A stretch of DNA of 63,821 bases, filler included, from Dimorphilus gyrociliatus (GCA_904063045.1; 7 parts of 7 records of this genome joined end to end with filler, not necessarily neighbours in it); one strand, 5' to 3'. Shown: positions 36,475 to 48,911, counted from the whole stretch's first letter. Program-made: numbers and translations. Notes: generated by a model from the sequence alone, not told the origin.

Positions 36475-36623
36475 TGTATTTAAGAGCATACATATTCTAC
36501 ATATTACCTAAAAACAAAGATAAAGCTGAAGAAACAACTCTTTCTTTTTTTTTTAAAAAAAAAATTAATATTACAAAAGTTATAAAAAAAAATCTCGCTG
36601 TTGGGTGTATAAATCTCGTAAAT

Positions 36624-37441
36624 TTATAAAAGAAATTTACTAAAAAAGGCAAGAAAAGACATATAAAATATATTCGTTACTTCCACTTCAAATCCTCCAC
36701 TATTCATATATATTTTCTTATTACTTTTCTTTGGAAGATTTTCCGTTTTTGTTTCAGTATTGTCTGGACTCTTAACTGTTGATTCTCTTTTATTGTAAAC
36801 ACGGTCTTGTTTATTTACTGCTACAGAAGGACTAATCACAACCAGAGATCCTCTGGCCGACATCTTTCCCGCTGTGTTTTTCGCTGTGCAAGTGTAAAGT
36901 CCGGCATCCTCTGTAGATACATTGAAGATTCTTAAAAAGCCATCAGTAGTTACTCTAAATCTTGCGTTTTCCGAAATTATCACGTTTCCCTTCATCCAAT
37001 AGACATTAGGTTTCGGATGACCGATTATTTTCCAAGCCAACACTGCAGTTGCTCCCTCAACGACATCCTGAAGAGCTTTTACTTGTATTCTCGGCTTTAT
37101 ATTCACGTTCAAATATGCATTTGCGAAAATGTATCCATGGTGTGAAGAAATGTTACATTGTATCACTTGGATATCTTCGGCTGTAACATTACTTATGATC
37201 AAAGAATATTTATTCACAACCCAGCTTGGATCTAGATCAAGTTTAGAGATAGATTCACCATTTATAAACCAAGATGTATGGGCATTGTCTTTATCTTTAG
37301 GACTGCATCGAAATTCAACATTGTCTTGTTCATTAGCATCTACAGATAGTGGCATTTTGTCCCACTCAGGCCTTAATCTTTCTGATTTAACCGTTAACTC
37401 AATATGATGCTCGGTTCCCCGACAAAAGCAAAAATAAGTTC
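36624..37441 (-). CDS. Neuroglian/L1-like Ig domain protein, 5'-truncated, ending in a stalk and hydrophobic tail
   Basis: VEFRC...W.ING...LIISNVT.ED.QVIQCN.S..HGYIFANAYLNV (L1 Ig4 signature); next Ig G.PKP.V.W...L.I.NV..ED.G.YTC.A.N..G. Confidence 0.75.
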
Positions 37442-37541
37442 NNNNNNNNNNNNNNNNNNNNNNNNNNNNNNNNNNNNNNNNNNNNTTAATTAATTAANNN
37501 NNNNNNNNNNNNNNNNNNNNNNNNNNNNNNNNNNNNNNNNN
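37442..37541. other. Artificial contig spacer
   Basis: Same N44-TTAATTAATTAA-N44 structure. Confidence 0.98.
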
Positions 37542-37749
37542 CGAGTGTTTTATTTGGGATAAATCTATATAAAATCTGTTAATATATTGAAATTTTCTAT
37601 TGTTATTTTTTTAAACTACTTTAATCAACAAGTGTCTTTAATACTTTAGATTTTATTAATACATAGTTCCCTTCCACGTTGATATAAAAATAAAATAGCA
37701 AATATACCCAGCGTGGGTCGAAACTACGCTAACAAAAAGAAAGGGGAAA

Positions 37750-38420
37750 TGGTAGAATGAGAAGCTCAGGCTTTTCTTTTCAAAAATATATTACTTTAGG
37801 TATTCTATATTCATATGTACAGAAAATACTCAAAAAAAAGTATATAAATACAGTAAAATAGGGTATATGGAAGGCCGTAATATAAAATTTGTATATAAAG
37901 AAGTAGAAAATGAGAATTTTATATCTTGTAAAAAGTTAGTAGAAGTGTAGAAAGAAGATTAAGGTATAAACTGTCCACACATGACAGTGAAAGATTATCT
38001 AAATAGGATAAACTTTATATCGATTTAATCGATAAAAGAACCATTTTTCCAGATAAAGTACATTTAATCAATTGTTTTGAAGATAGTAAGAGTGTAGTAA
38101 AAACGTTTTAAAGTAAAGTAACGATTTTTAGTAATTAATCTTAATTCGTTTATAGAATCCAGATGGAAATGTAGAGATATGGAAGAAGAGAGGGAAACAT
38201 TCAATTTAATAATTTTCAAGACACATTAAATTTTTTTAGAGGATCTGTAATGATATGGTATGTATATCATTAAAAGGTGTACTAGCATAATTTTTTATTG
38301 AAGAAACTATAAATGTTGAGACATATAAATAACTATTATGTCAAAATTTAGAAGAGTTGGTTAATAAAATAGGATTAACCCCCTTTATTTACAATATTAT
38401 ATTGCTTCTTATCATAAATC
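37750..38420 (+). mobile_element. Heavily decayed Tc1-like transposase
   Basis: Fragments ISCKKL...TVKDYL, FS.*S.F..PDGNVEIW, IFIEETINVETY..LL.QNL. Boundaries approximate. Confidence 0.45.
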
Positions 38421-38950
38421 AAATACAGTTTATTAATTTTCTAAAAAAAAAATAACAAAGTGGCAGGTTCAATCTCTGGTTTTAATCATAGTGAACATAT
38501 TTTTGAGGATAATGAAGAAAGGAACCAAAAGTTTAGGAGGTATTATACAGAAAGACAGTAAAAACCAAACATTTCAGTTTCGAAATAATTATATTTGAAT
38601 ATGACCAGAAAATAGACTGTCTTTCTTTAACAACACTGTTTCTAGAATTTATGATTAAATCAATCAAAAATAGTTATAATCTATATAAAACTTATTTTTC
38701 TAAAATTGAATATATTTTACAAAGGTTTACGTAATTATTCCTTTATACTTAATTATACTTTAATCTATATATCTTAAATATTGTTTAAAGAAAGTCTTTT
38801 TTTTGAAATATACGTATTTTGCTAAAAATCTTTCTCACTGTTTTAAATGTGTTAATCCTATACGATAATTCATAAATTCAATTATAAAAGCTTATTCAAA
38901 AAGATATAAGAAAGTTTTTTTATAAAAGCTTATAAAACAGATATAAACAG

Positions 38951-39332
38951 ATATAAAAAAATTAAAAAATTAAAAAAATTGTCAAAAGTATGAAAATATA
39001 AAAAATTAAAAAAATTAAAAAATATAAAAAATTAAAAAAATTAAAAAATTGTAAAATCTATATTATTGTAAAAAATTGTCAAAATATGAAAATATAAAAA
39101 ATATAAAAAATTAAAAAATTAAAAAATTGTAAAATCTATATTATTGTAAAAAATTGTCAAAAGTATGAAAATATAAAAAAATATAAAAAATTAAAAAAAT
39201 TAAAAAATTGTAAAATCTATATTATTGTAAAAAATTGTCAAAAGTATGAAAATATAAAAAAATATAAAAAATTAAAAAAATTAAAAAATTGTAAAAAATT
39301 GTCAAAAGTATGAAAATATAAAAAAATTAAAA
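38951..39332. repeat. AT-rich minisatellite, about 80-bp unit built from AAAAAATT/AAAAAATAT subunits, 4-5 copies
   Basis: TGTAAAATCTATATTATTGTAAAAAATTGTCAAAAGTATGAAAATAT recurs at about 80-bp spacing. Confidence 0.85.
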
Positions 39333-39354
39333 TATTTTTCAATCCCCACTTTAA

Positions 39355-39603
39355 ATGTTAGAAATAATAAATAATCATTTAAATTCAATAAAAAGAAGAT
39401 TAGAGCTTTTAATTGATTTTAAAAAAAATATAAAAAGAGATGAAAATGAAAAAATTATAAAAAACAGTTCAGAAATTCTTTTTATTTTTTATTCTTTAAA
39501 AATTATAAAAAATAAATTAAATGGATTGGTTGATAAAAATGATTTAGAGAAGTTGAAAGAGGTGAACGAACTCATTAAAAAATATAATATTTCTTTTCTT
39601 TAA
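39355..39603 (+). CDS. Small hypothetical protein (possibly C1D/Rrp47-like)
   Basis: 82-aa ORF preceded by CCCCACTTTAA, similar to the microsporidian CCC start motif; family call is weak. Confidence 0.45.
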   Translation: MLEIINNHLNSIKRRLELLIDFKKNIKRDENEKIIKNSSEILFIFYSLKIIKNKLNGLVDKNDLEKLKEVNELIKKYNISFL

Positions 39604-39711
39604 CATTTAATTATTCTATTTTTTATTTATCAACAACTTTTTATTACGTATTTTCTTTTAAAACATTTTGTTTTATAACATAAAAAAACAATTCCTATTA
39701 AAAATTAAAAA

Positions 39712-42042
39712 ATGGCTTCTGAAGAAAACAACAACAATTGTAATGAAAGATCAATTAATGATAATAACAAGGATAGTAGCGAAGAATTTAGAAAAAAAAG
39801 TCTAAAAAAAGATGCCGAAAACCAAAAAAACACAGAAAAAATGATTGAAAGTCTTCAAAAAATGTCTGAAAAGTTGACTGGTCTTGAAAAAGAAAGTAGT
39901 CTTTTTCGTATAAGCTTGTTGAAAAATAAGCTTTCTTTCTATGATAAGTTTTCCATTAACAATTTTTCTTCTACAGAATTATTTTCTAAGATAAACAAGG
40001 AATTCAAGTTAATCAATTCTTATAAGAAACACATCGAAATTGAAAATTTAACTAATAAGCAAGACTTGTCTATAAATAAATTAGAAATAGAAAATAAAAT
40101 TAAATTAAGTGAGAAAAAAATTGTTATGTTAAGAAAAGGTGTAGCGGAGAGACGTAAAGTTGAAATAGAAGGAGAAAGTGACGAAAAAAATGGGGATAGG
40201 ACGGAAGATAGAGGAACTTTAAAAAAAATACGTGTAAAAGGATCTCTTCAACTTGAAATGATAGATGTTCAGTTGGATCCTTTGTATGATGATTTGATTA
40301 TGGACATTTATTTAGACGGAAATTTACAAAAGAAAGGGTTTATATTAAAAGATTCGATAAATAGTAAACTTAACATCGTTTTTGAAAATGTAGTAGATAT
40401 TGAATTTCTTATATTCGATAAAGAGCGCAAATTATTAGGTTATTTATTTATTCCATGTGTACAAATAACAAAATATACAGATGGTGTTAACGTTGTATTT
40501 GAATTTGCGATTGGAATTTTAAGAGTTTCGTTAAGTTTCAACCATCAAATTAAACTAATAAGAAAAAATGCAGAGATTATCTGTGTTTACAAGTTTAATC
40601 ACAGTCTAGAAAGATATAACACCGTATCTCCATTTTTATGTCCAATTTGTAATAAAAAAGGGTTTAAGGGATATCGTTGTTATAAATGTAGATTTACATG
40701 TCATAAAAACTGTGCAGATTTAATCCTTTTTAATTGTAAGACTACAAAAGAGATAGAAGATAAAACATTTGTTAAAAGATATAACATTAACCATAAATTA
40801 GAGGAATTAACAAGTTATCCTTATATAATATATTGTAGTCACTGTGGAGACTCGTTTTATAGACTAAAAAAAATAGTAAGTGGCGAAACAACTGAAAAAG
40901 ATTTTCTTAGGTGTAAAATGTGTCATTTATTTTATCATAAAAAATGCAAACAAATGATATTTTCGAGTTGTATGATAGATTATGATATAAGATGTGCTTT
41001 AGTAAACTTTAAAGTCCCTGTAAGAGCAGATATAAAATCTGAAATTTCTATAGTTGAATTCAATTTGATAAAGGTTATAGGCAGAGGAGCTTCTGGTAAA
41101 GTTATTCTGGCTCAGCATACTAAGAAAAAGAATCCGATTGCTTTGAAAATACTTAAGAAAAACCACATTTTGAATTCTAATAGTTTAGTATACCTGAATT
41201 TAGAAAGAGATATTCTAAAGTTAGTTACAAACTCTAAACACCCATTTTTAATGCAGATGGACTATTGTTTTCAGGACTTAGAAAACGTTTACTTTGGAAC
41301 AGAGTTTTTATCAGGTGGTGATCTTTTTCATGTGACTGAAAATGCAGAACCATTTAATTATTACGAGGCAGAACAAAATGAAATATCTGAGTACCCAAAG
41401 GGATGTATTAGACCAGAAGATATAAAAATGTACATAGCAGAATTAATACTAGGATTAGAGTTCCTACACAATAATAAAATTATATACAGGGATTTGAAGC
41501 TTGATAATGTATTGATGTGTAAAGATGGCCATTTAAAGATAGCTGACTTTGGACTATGTAAGGTGGGAGTAGGAAAAGGTCAATATACCCAAACATTTTG
41601 TGGAACACCAGATACTATAGCACCAGAGGTAATTAGGAAGGAAATGTACTCGATTGAGGTAGATTGGTGGTCATTAGGAATTGTCGCCTATGAGCTATTT
41701 GAGCTCAAACCTCCTTTTGATGGCTCAACAACAGAAGATATTTTTAAAGCAATATTGAAAGATGATGTAGAATTTAAAAGTACGCCTTTACTGGCTAGGG
41801 ACTTAATAAATAAATTGTTAAATAAAGATCCTAAAAAGAGAATAGGAATCAAAATAAAAGAACACGGATATTTTAAAAACTTAAATTGGGATGATGTTTA
41901 TAATAAAAAAATAGTGCCTAGTATAGTTCCTAGTACTAAGCTAGAGGATAACTTTGATGAAGAATTTGTAAATGAGGATATTGTGATAACGCCGTGTGCT
42001 TCTATGAAAGAGTTTGATGGGCTTTTTACTGATTTTAAGTGA
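39712..42042 (+). CDS. PKC1: Fungal-type protein kinase C (HR1-C2-C1-C1-kinase), intronless and compact
   Basis: Two C1 domains (H...CPIC...C..C...H..C; H...CSHC...C..C...H..C); IGRG..GKV, YRDLKLDN, DFG, TFCGTP, NFDEEF. Confidence 0.9.
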   Translation: MASEENNNNCNERSINDNNKDSSEEFRKKSLKKDAENQKNTEKMIESLQKMSEKLTGLEKESSLFRISLLKNKLSFYDKFSINNFSSTELFSKINKEFKLINSYKKHIEIENLTNKQDLSINKLEIENKIKLSEKKIVMLRKGVAERRKVEIEGESDEKNGDRTEDRGTLKKIRVKGSLQLEMIDVQLDPLYDDLIMDIYLDGNLQKKGFILKDSINSKLNIVFENVVDIEFLIFDKERKLLGYLFIPCVQITKYTDGVNVVFEFAIGILRVSLSFNHQIKLIRKNAEIICVYKFNHSLERYNTVSPFLCPICNKKGFKGYRCYKCRFTCHKNCADLILFNCKTTKEIEDKTFVKRYNINHKLEELTSYPYIIYCSHCGDSFYRLKKIVSGETTEKDFLRCKMCHLFYHKKCKQMIFSSCMIDYDIRCALVNFKVPVRADIKSEISIVEFNLIKVIGRGASGKVILAQHTKKKNPIALKILKKNHILNSNSLVYLNLERDILKLVTNSKHPFLMQMDYCFQDLENVYFGTEFLSGGDLFHVTENAEPFNYYEAEQNEISEYPKGCIRPEDIKMYIAELILGLEFLHNNKIIYRDLKLDNVLMCKDGHLKIADFGLCKVGVGKGQYTQTFCGTPDTIAPEVIRKEMYSIEVDWWSLGIVAYELFELKPPFDGSTTEDIFKAILKDDVEFKSTPLLARDLINKLLNKDPKKRIGIKIKEHGYFKNLNWDDVYNKKIVPSIVPSTKLEDNFDEEFVNEDIVITPCASMKEFDGLFTDFK

Positions 42043-42250
42043 GATTTCAAAAGATTATAAAACTTTGTTTTTTTGGAATCTAGAGAGAACAGTACTTTTT
42101 TCTAAAAAGAGAAAATTAAATGTATTTTTTAAAAAAATTGGTAAATTTATTTTTTTAAAAAATGGTTTCCATTTTGGGAAAATTTAACTCCTTTTTGTAA
42201 AGCATCTCAAAAGAATAAAAATTCCCCTTTCAAGAAATTTAAAGACCGAA

Positions 42251-42898
42251 ATGAAAATTAAGAAAATAAGACAAGATTTAACAAAAAGTTGTAAATTAAA
42301 ACCAATCATAAATTTAGAAACAAATTTAATAGAAACTATATTTTTATCAATTTTTTTTACCATTATTTTAATAATTATAGTGTTTCTATTAACAACGATA
42401 TTTAACATAAACAGAATAGATAACAATACAAGAAATATAAATAATAATAACAACGATAGTAATAACAGAAGTATAAATTGCAATAACACTGAGATTAGCG
42501 CATATCTCCCCATTGTTGACAATTTGACTGCCCTTTTCATATTCTTTCTTTTATCAACATTTGGCTCTATCGTAATTTCTAGGTTATACCTTATAAAACA
42601 GCCTATTAAAGTCGTTTATTTGACGATTCTATCTTATTCCCACTATCCATTTTTATTTATATTATTTGGACTTACTTTACTAATATTCGACAGCAATACT
42701 GTAAAATACATATGGATTGTTGCACAAACAGCATTATCAGACTTTTTACTTATATTTAATTTAGAATTACTAGGAGAAAAAAACCAGTGTAAAACAGAAG
42801 CTTTTAAACAAAAGTTCATTATTATAGTAATGTTTAATATAATTGTTGTATCCGTATTAGTTAATATCGGTGTTCGTAATTTTCCATTATTAAATTAA
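42251..42898 (+). CDS. Multi-pass membrane protein, Yip1-domain-like
   Basis: About five TM segments; ILSYSHYP resembles the Yip1 LGY..xP motif. Confidence 0.55.
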   Translation: MKIKKIRQDLTKSCKLKPIINLETNLIETIFLSIFFTIILIIIVFLLTTIFNINRIDNNTRNINNNNNDSNNRSINCNNTEISAYLPIVDNLTALFIFFLLSTFGSIVISRLYLIKQPIKVVYLTILSYSHYPFLFILFGLTLLIFDSNTVKYIWIVAQTALSDFLLIFNLELLGEKNQCKTEAFKQKFIIIVMFNIIVVSVLVNIGVRNFPLLN

Positions 42899-43976
42899 TA
42901 TAATTGTTACTTATTTATCTAATATCTTGTACTTTATTATAAGATTAACTTAATAACTTATTAAAAATGTCTTTATCATACAAAGAATTCTACCTAAAGA
43001 CGGAATTTATTAAAATTTTAACATAGTTACTAAAAAACAGCCTTTCAGTATCAACTTTGAAGAGGTAAGTAGTGTTTATACTTATTTAAATACAAATTAC
43101 TAGTTTTAATTCAAATTATTAAACTTTAAAATAAAAAAGATATAGCATTATTTGTTGTTAGATTGAGTTACATACTTCTCTAGGAATAAACGATCCTTTA
43201 TTTCCTATTATTAATTTACACCAAAATTTACTTTTTTTATTATTTTAACACTTCGATTAATTTATTGAAAAAAACTATTCTTCTTGCAATAGAATCCCTA
43301 TTAAATTAGTATAGCAAAAAACAATTGATAATTAAATTAATAGGAAATTTATTGCACGCAGCAGGTGAAAGCTAAATATTTATTAAAAAAAAACTATACT
43401 AAATTAATATAATTTTTTAATGCTATTTTGGTAGGGACGCTTATTTGTCTTTACCAAAATAGTGTAATAGGGGTTAAAAAAAATAAAAAAAATAAAATTT
43501 GTTGTAAATTAATAGGAAATGAAGGAATGTTCATTCGTCAAAAAAATATGCAATTCTATTTAACAGTTGTACGTAAAATAATTAAATAACAAACTTAAAA
43601 TATGATTCATTAAAAGGCAACTTGTAATATCGTAGGGGTTCAAGACTTTCAATACACTTTAAACTAAGAAGTCTTTTTTAATTTATGAATTAAATTATTA
43701 AAGGAACTATATAAGTGATATTAATTTGTATATCATAATTAAGAGTTAAATATAAAAGGCTTATAAATAGTCGATTAAGGTTAAACCAAGCTTTTCTCAG
43801 GAAAGCAATTTGAATTTCAATATTAGATCCATTTTTAACACAAAGAAGTAATACTGAATGGAATATTCTTTGGTTTTAAATTGAAATTTTATTGATGTAG
43901 ATCTAATTTAATTCGTATATTATTGATTAGATTGTCTTAGACACTTATATAAAAAAAAGGTACTATTAAGATTTTT

Positions 43977-44966
43977 GGTAAAATTTGCTTTGGGGGACCC
44001 CTTAAAATTGAGTATAAAATTAAGCCAGCATCATTTTTGAATAATTTTTTTAATTTCAAGAACTTTCATCGAGTTAATAATTTCTGAAAAAGGATTTTCT
44101 TTTTTTAGAAATAAATAATCATTGATATGATCTTTAAGATTGCATTTTATATTACTTCCTCGGGATTTAAGGTACTTTTTTAGCCATTTCCATTGGTTTT
44201 CAATATTCTGGGTTTGGACTTCCTTCATTTCTTTACAAAGAAATTCAGTTTTGTTCTTTACTGTAAAGTGAGCATAGTTATGTGTTTTTACGTTACAATA
44301 GCCTTTCCACTCATCTGTTATGATTACGGAATATTCTTTAACATTATCTAAGATTATTTTATCGAGAGATGCACTATCTTTTTTTTTTGGTTATTTCGAA
44401 AAAACACTCTTTCGTTATTCTACATATCCCTCCAACAACCCACACTTGTTCTAATCCTCTTCCTATATTGTATTTACGCTTGCTTAGTGCACTTTCATCT
44501 ATTTCAACCACTTTTCCATCCCCTCCGATCAGCTTGCTATTTTTTTTATTATAGGATCGTCTTATCAAACCTAAAACTGTGCTGAATAGCTTGAAATGAT
44601 GTTGTATTCTCTTTTAATCCTATCATAGTTTGTCTTAGCGCACCATTCATAACTAACAAAAATAATTTTTTCAAGTGGGACCTTGATTCCAGCGAAAACA
44701 GACCCTGTACGAACTGATAATTTACTTTTATTACACTTCTTGGACTTACAAGACCAAATATAACCATCTCCTCTATGATGATTAATTAAAACCATGTTTA
44801 TTTTACATGTTTTACATTTATGACTTTTTTTCAGTATATTTAAATCCATCAACCATGACAAGAAACTTTCACGACAGATTGTTTTCTCATAAAGTTCTCT
44901 ACGTGTTAAAATCATTATGGTTCAATATAATTTAATTTTAAGGGGGTCCCCAAAGCAAATTTTACC
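43977..44966 (-). mobile_element. Merlin (IS1016/ISXO2-like) DNA transposon, full length, transposase with two frameshifts
   Basis: Near-perfect 33-bp TIRs starting GG (43977-44009, 44934-44966); 8-bp TSD AGATTTTT/AAATTTTT (7/8 match); Zn ribbon CKTC...WSC...C, GGDGKVVEIDES...KRKYNIGR, ITDEWKGY, TQNIENQW. Confidence 0.92.
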
Positions 44967-45361
44967 AAATTTTTATTATTAGAACATGAAAGTCCAAGAC
45001 ATTTCAGGTATTATTTTATAGATAATAAAATTTACTAAACTATTTAATTGTAATAATAAATATTAGAAGGCAAAATAGATTTGTATAAGTCACTGGTCCA
45101 AAATAACAATCTCATATTTATTTATACCAAATTATTTTAGGAAGAAATTTAATAAATATTGCTAGATATAAAATAGTAAAATAATAGAACAAATAAAAAT
45201 GAGTAATTTTAGGAAGTCTTTACAAACCTAGAAATAAAACTTACTCGTTTCATTAAATCTAAATTATAGTATATATGATTAAATATTTTATACAAATGAT
45301 TGAAATGTAATATTGTATAATATTTTATATCAATTTAACTTTAAAAGAAAATGATTCAAAG

Positions 45362-46420
45362 TTGGGGATGCTTATAAATTTATTTATCCTAATTATAAAA
45401 ACAGCTCCAAATTTACCTTCTATTGATTCTTTTCTATACAATGATGTAGAAGATACACTAAAAACGCTAAAATTCAAAATCAAACAACTTCACGATTCAT
45501 ACAATGAATCCTATAATAAAAACAGTAATGACAGTTTCCATAATAAATCCGAGTTTAACAAATGGTGCCATTTATTTGAAAGAAGCGCACTTGATAGAAG
45601 AGATGTTAAAGTCTTAGAAAAGTATTACAAAGAATTAAACCAATATTTTAAGAACCCAACTAAAGAATATAAATATTTATTTGATTGGGCTAGTCTTGGC
45701 ATTAAAGTAGAAAAAGAATCACCTAAAAGTCTAGAAAAAAGAATCTTTAGATATCAAAAAGTAAAATGTATTGTTTGTGGTGTTACTTTTGGATGGTCTG
45801 TGGATGAATACTGTTTTATATTTAGTTGTTATCATTTTGTACATTTATATGGTTGCCTAGAATCTATAAGTCCTTTGAAAAACTATTGTTCTAGTTGGAA
45901 AGTGATTTGTCATTGTTCAAGTGTAACTACAGTAAATGGAAATAGCTACTTAAAAAGACCTATAAAATTAAAACCGGATAAAAGTTGTTTCAAGAGAAAA
46001 GAAGAAATTATAGCAATTTTAAAGAATAAACCAAGAGAAGAGTATTTAAATTGTATTATAAGTGACGAAGAATTTAATAAAATTATAGAATTAATAGAAA
46101 ATACAAAAAATGGAAATTTTAAATTTTTAAATAAAAAAATAGATTTAATAACTAAAAAAGTCGATTTAATAGAGCCTGACGTAGATTGCAATGGAAATAA
46201 GCACAGCCCGGGGTCTTCTGAAATCACATTAAAAGGCTCTGTAATACAATCAAATACAAATACAACCAGTATTTGTAAAGAAATTGCAATAAAAATGGAT
46301 GATGGAAGTAATGAAAACAGTTGTTTAGCCTCCATACAGGATAAGTATATAACTATAGGTTCATTATCAGTACCAGTTTTTGTTATTTTTATTATTTTTA
46401 TATATTTTATGACAAAATAA
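45362..46420 (+). CDS. Orphan protein: signal peptide, degenerate RING-H2-like Zn finger, C-terminal TM helix
   Basis: MLINLFILIIKTA; CIVC-x16-CYHFVHLYGC-x10-C...CHC; C-terminal SVPVFVIFIIFIYF. Confidence 0.65.
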   Translation: MGMLINLFILIIKTAPNLPSIDSFLYNDVEDTLKTLKFKIKQLHDSYNESYNKNSNDSFHNKSEFNKWCHLFERSALDRRDVKVLEKYYKELNQYFKNPTKEYKYLFDWASLGIKVEKESPKSLEKRIFRYQKVKCIVCGVTFGWSVDEYCFIFSCYHFVHLYGCLESISPLKNYCSSWKVICHCSSVTTVNGNSYLKRPIKLKPDKSCFKRKEEIIAILKNKPREEYLNCIISDEEFNKIIELIENTKNGNFKFLNKKIDLITKKVDLIEPDVDCNGNKHSPGSSEITLKGSVIQSNTNTTSICKEIAIKMDDGSNENSCLASIQDKYITIGSLSVPVFVIFIIFIYFMTK

Positions 46421-46899
46421 ATGATTAAATTTTCTTTGAAGTTGAAATTTTTATTTGTATTTTTTAAATTCGATTCTATTCAAATTTACAACAAAAATCA
46501 GAAACATTATTAAATTATGATGTATGTGTTATTGAATAAATATTGTTTATGAACTACAGAAGTTATTCTATGATAGTTTTTTATTATAAATAAATATATT
46601 TTCAAAATTCTAAATAATTATTTTGTTGTATTAATAAAAATTTTATAAATTTGGGTCTCTTTATCATTTAAGCAAAAAAACAATTATTTTTTTCTTCATC
46701 TCCTTTACTTTCAATGATCTTAAAACCAGACACATTGCAATCTGTTAAATAAACATCATTAATAGATTCGAACAAATTCTTTGGTATTGTTTTTTGTCCT
46801 TTTTCATTTTCAAATCTCTATTCATGATTTCTATTTCCATATTAATACTACTTAATCTAAAAAATATCTTCTTTTCTTTCTATATAAAATTCTTTTTTT

Positions 46900-47165
46900 A
46901 TTTTATTATCTTTGCTTTTTATTATGTTATATCGTATTTTTCTCTTATTATATTGTATTTTATTCTTCTTTTATTCTTCTTTTATTTTCTTTTATTCTTA
47001 TTAATTTCTTGTATTTTTCTCTTATTATATCGTATTTTTCTCTTATTATATTGTATTTTATTATTCTTATTATATTAAATTTTATTCATCTTTTATTATT
47101 CTTTTATTCATCTTTTATTCATCTTTTATTCTTCTTTTTATTTTCTTTTATTCTTATATCATTAA
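46900..47165. repeat. Low-complexity pyrimidine-rich repeat with internal duplications
   Basis: TATATCGTATTTTTCTCTTATTATATTGTATTTTATT and TTTTATTCATC are repeated. Confidence 0.7.
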
Positions 47166-47249
47166 CTTCTATTTTTATAAATATCATATGATTTTCTCTA
47201 AATGTTTCAAATAAACATAATTCAATAAAAAGGGATTTATATATGCAAA

Positions 47250-47800
47250 AGGATGTTAACATAACTACTTAAAAACACAAAATTTGTTTTCATAAGTTTA
47301 TTACAAAAATTTGGGATGTTTCACTTTTTTTACAAACTGTATATTTAGGTAATTTACCTTATTATCTATATAACTCAACCTTGCAAGGCCATTGCCCCTT
47401 TCCATAGTTTGTTATACTTTTTTTTTTAGATATCTATTGTCATAGTACAATTCCTTTGGTTGGTTTCAAAAAACTTTTTACCTTTCCTCTACACTTAATA
47501 TCCAAACTCCGTCCACTTTGTGCTATCTATAGTGGATCCTTTTACAGAACTTATTTTATTATATTCTAAAAGTCTTATTTCTCTGTCCTTTTAAGTTAAC
47601 TCACTGTAAGCTATCTTCTTTTTATTGTATCACTTACAATAACTTTTTTATGGCATTCCTAGTTATTTATTTATAATATATAATAATTTTTATATTTATT
47701 CCTTTTATGATGGCATATGGAATCTTAAATACTTTTAAGAATGGCAGTTTTGGGTAAAAAAAAGCGGTTTTTATTAATTAAGTATCTCAAATTTACATAA
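47250..47800 (-). pseudogene. Decayed second Merlin-type transposase
   Basis: HKVDGVWILSVEER*KVF and KLWKRGNGLARLSY resemble the Merlin GHRVEGVWVFGGVER and TDxWKGY motifs. Boundaries approximate. Confidence 0.45.
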
Positions 47801-48711
47801 TTTATCAATGCATCTAAATTTAGGTCTATTCTTCTCCTTCGTTACATTCTTTGATAGTAATTTAGTATATTTTGTCTATTTAAGATTTAAACCATTTGAA
47901 GCTACTTTAATAATATTTTAAGATCCCTTTTAAAGTCTTTAGCACTTTTCAGGCGTTAAAATTTTCAGATTAGCATTAATTCCTGGGAGATTGAAAAGGT
48001 CCCGATCCGTTAACATTACTTTATATAATAAAATGATATTTATATAGTTTTATCGTACTATTTTCTGAAAAATTTTAGAATGTCTATATTAATTACTAGA
48101 TAAAAAGCTTTTTCTTGGTTAAGCAGTTCTAATAATGTTTTACTATTAGAAGTGATAATATTTGTTTTATGACAACAAATTTCTGTTCTTATTAATGTAT
48201 CTAGGTTTTTTAAATAGAAATTTTTAAGTAAATCTTGTTAAAAATAGTACCAGATGTTGATTTAGATGGTTTTATTTATACTTAGGGAATGACATATCGT
48301 AAGATTCATATATAAGATGAACTTTTTTGGAATCGAAATTATGTTAAAAGTCGTACTTTTGGTAGTAATCAAGTATAAAAAAAGGATACCATGATTTTAA
48401 TATAAGTTTATAATACTGTTTTAAAAAAAGAAATACCATAAAATCAAGTAAGAAGAGCAATACAAACACTGAAATCTATCAAACTAGGAGTGGAGAAAAA
48501 ATTTCTATTTGAAAAGCAGGTATAGTTCTATTTAAAAAACGTTTTTTAGTCAAAATTTATAATAAAAAGTACAAGTCATTAAAGTAAATAGAAACATCTA
48601 TAAATCACCAAATATGAATATAAAATTATTACATAAAGTAAATATAAAGACCTCCAGAATATCTATTTTATAGACTCTTATTTATTGACTAGGTTAATCT
48701 AAATTATGCTA

Positions 48712-48875
48712 GTATATCAAATAATATACTAATAATATTCAAATATATAAAAAACTGATGTACAAGTATATCAAATAATATTCTAATATATAAAAAACTA
48801 ATGTACAAGTATATCAAATAATATTCTAATATATAAAAAACTAATGTACAAGTATATCAAAAATATTCAAATATA
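48712..48875. repeat. 43-bp tandem repeat, about 3 copies, upstream of the J-protein gene
   Basis: TATAAAAAACTAATGTACAAGTATATCAAATAATATTCTAATA unit. Confidence 0.85.
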
Positions 48876-48911
48876 AAATTCGTGTTAAATATTTTTATTA
48901 TTTTCTAATCC

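Noticed and set aside
46794-47191. Very hydrophobic F/I/L/Y-rich ORFs resembling membrane proteins
   Set aside because: They are translations of a low-complexity T-rich repeat.
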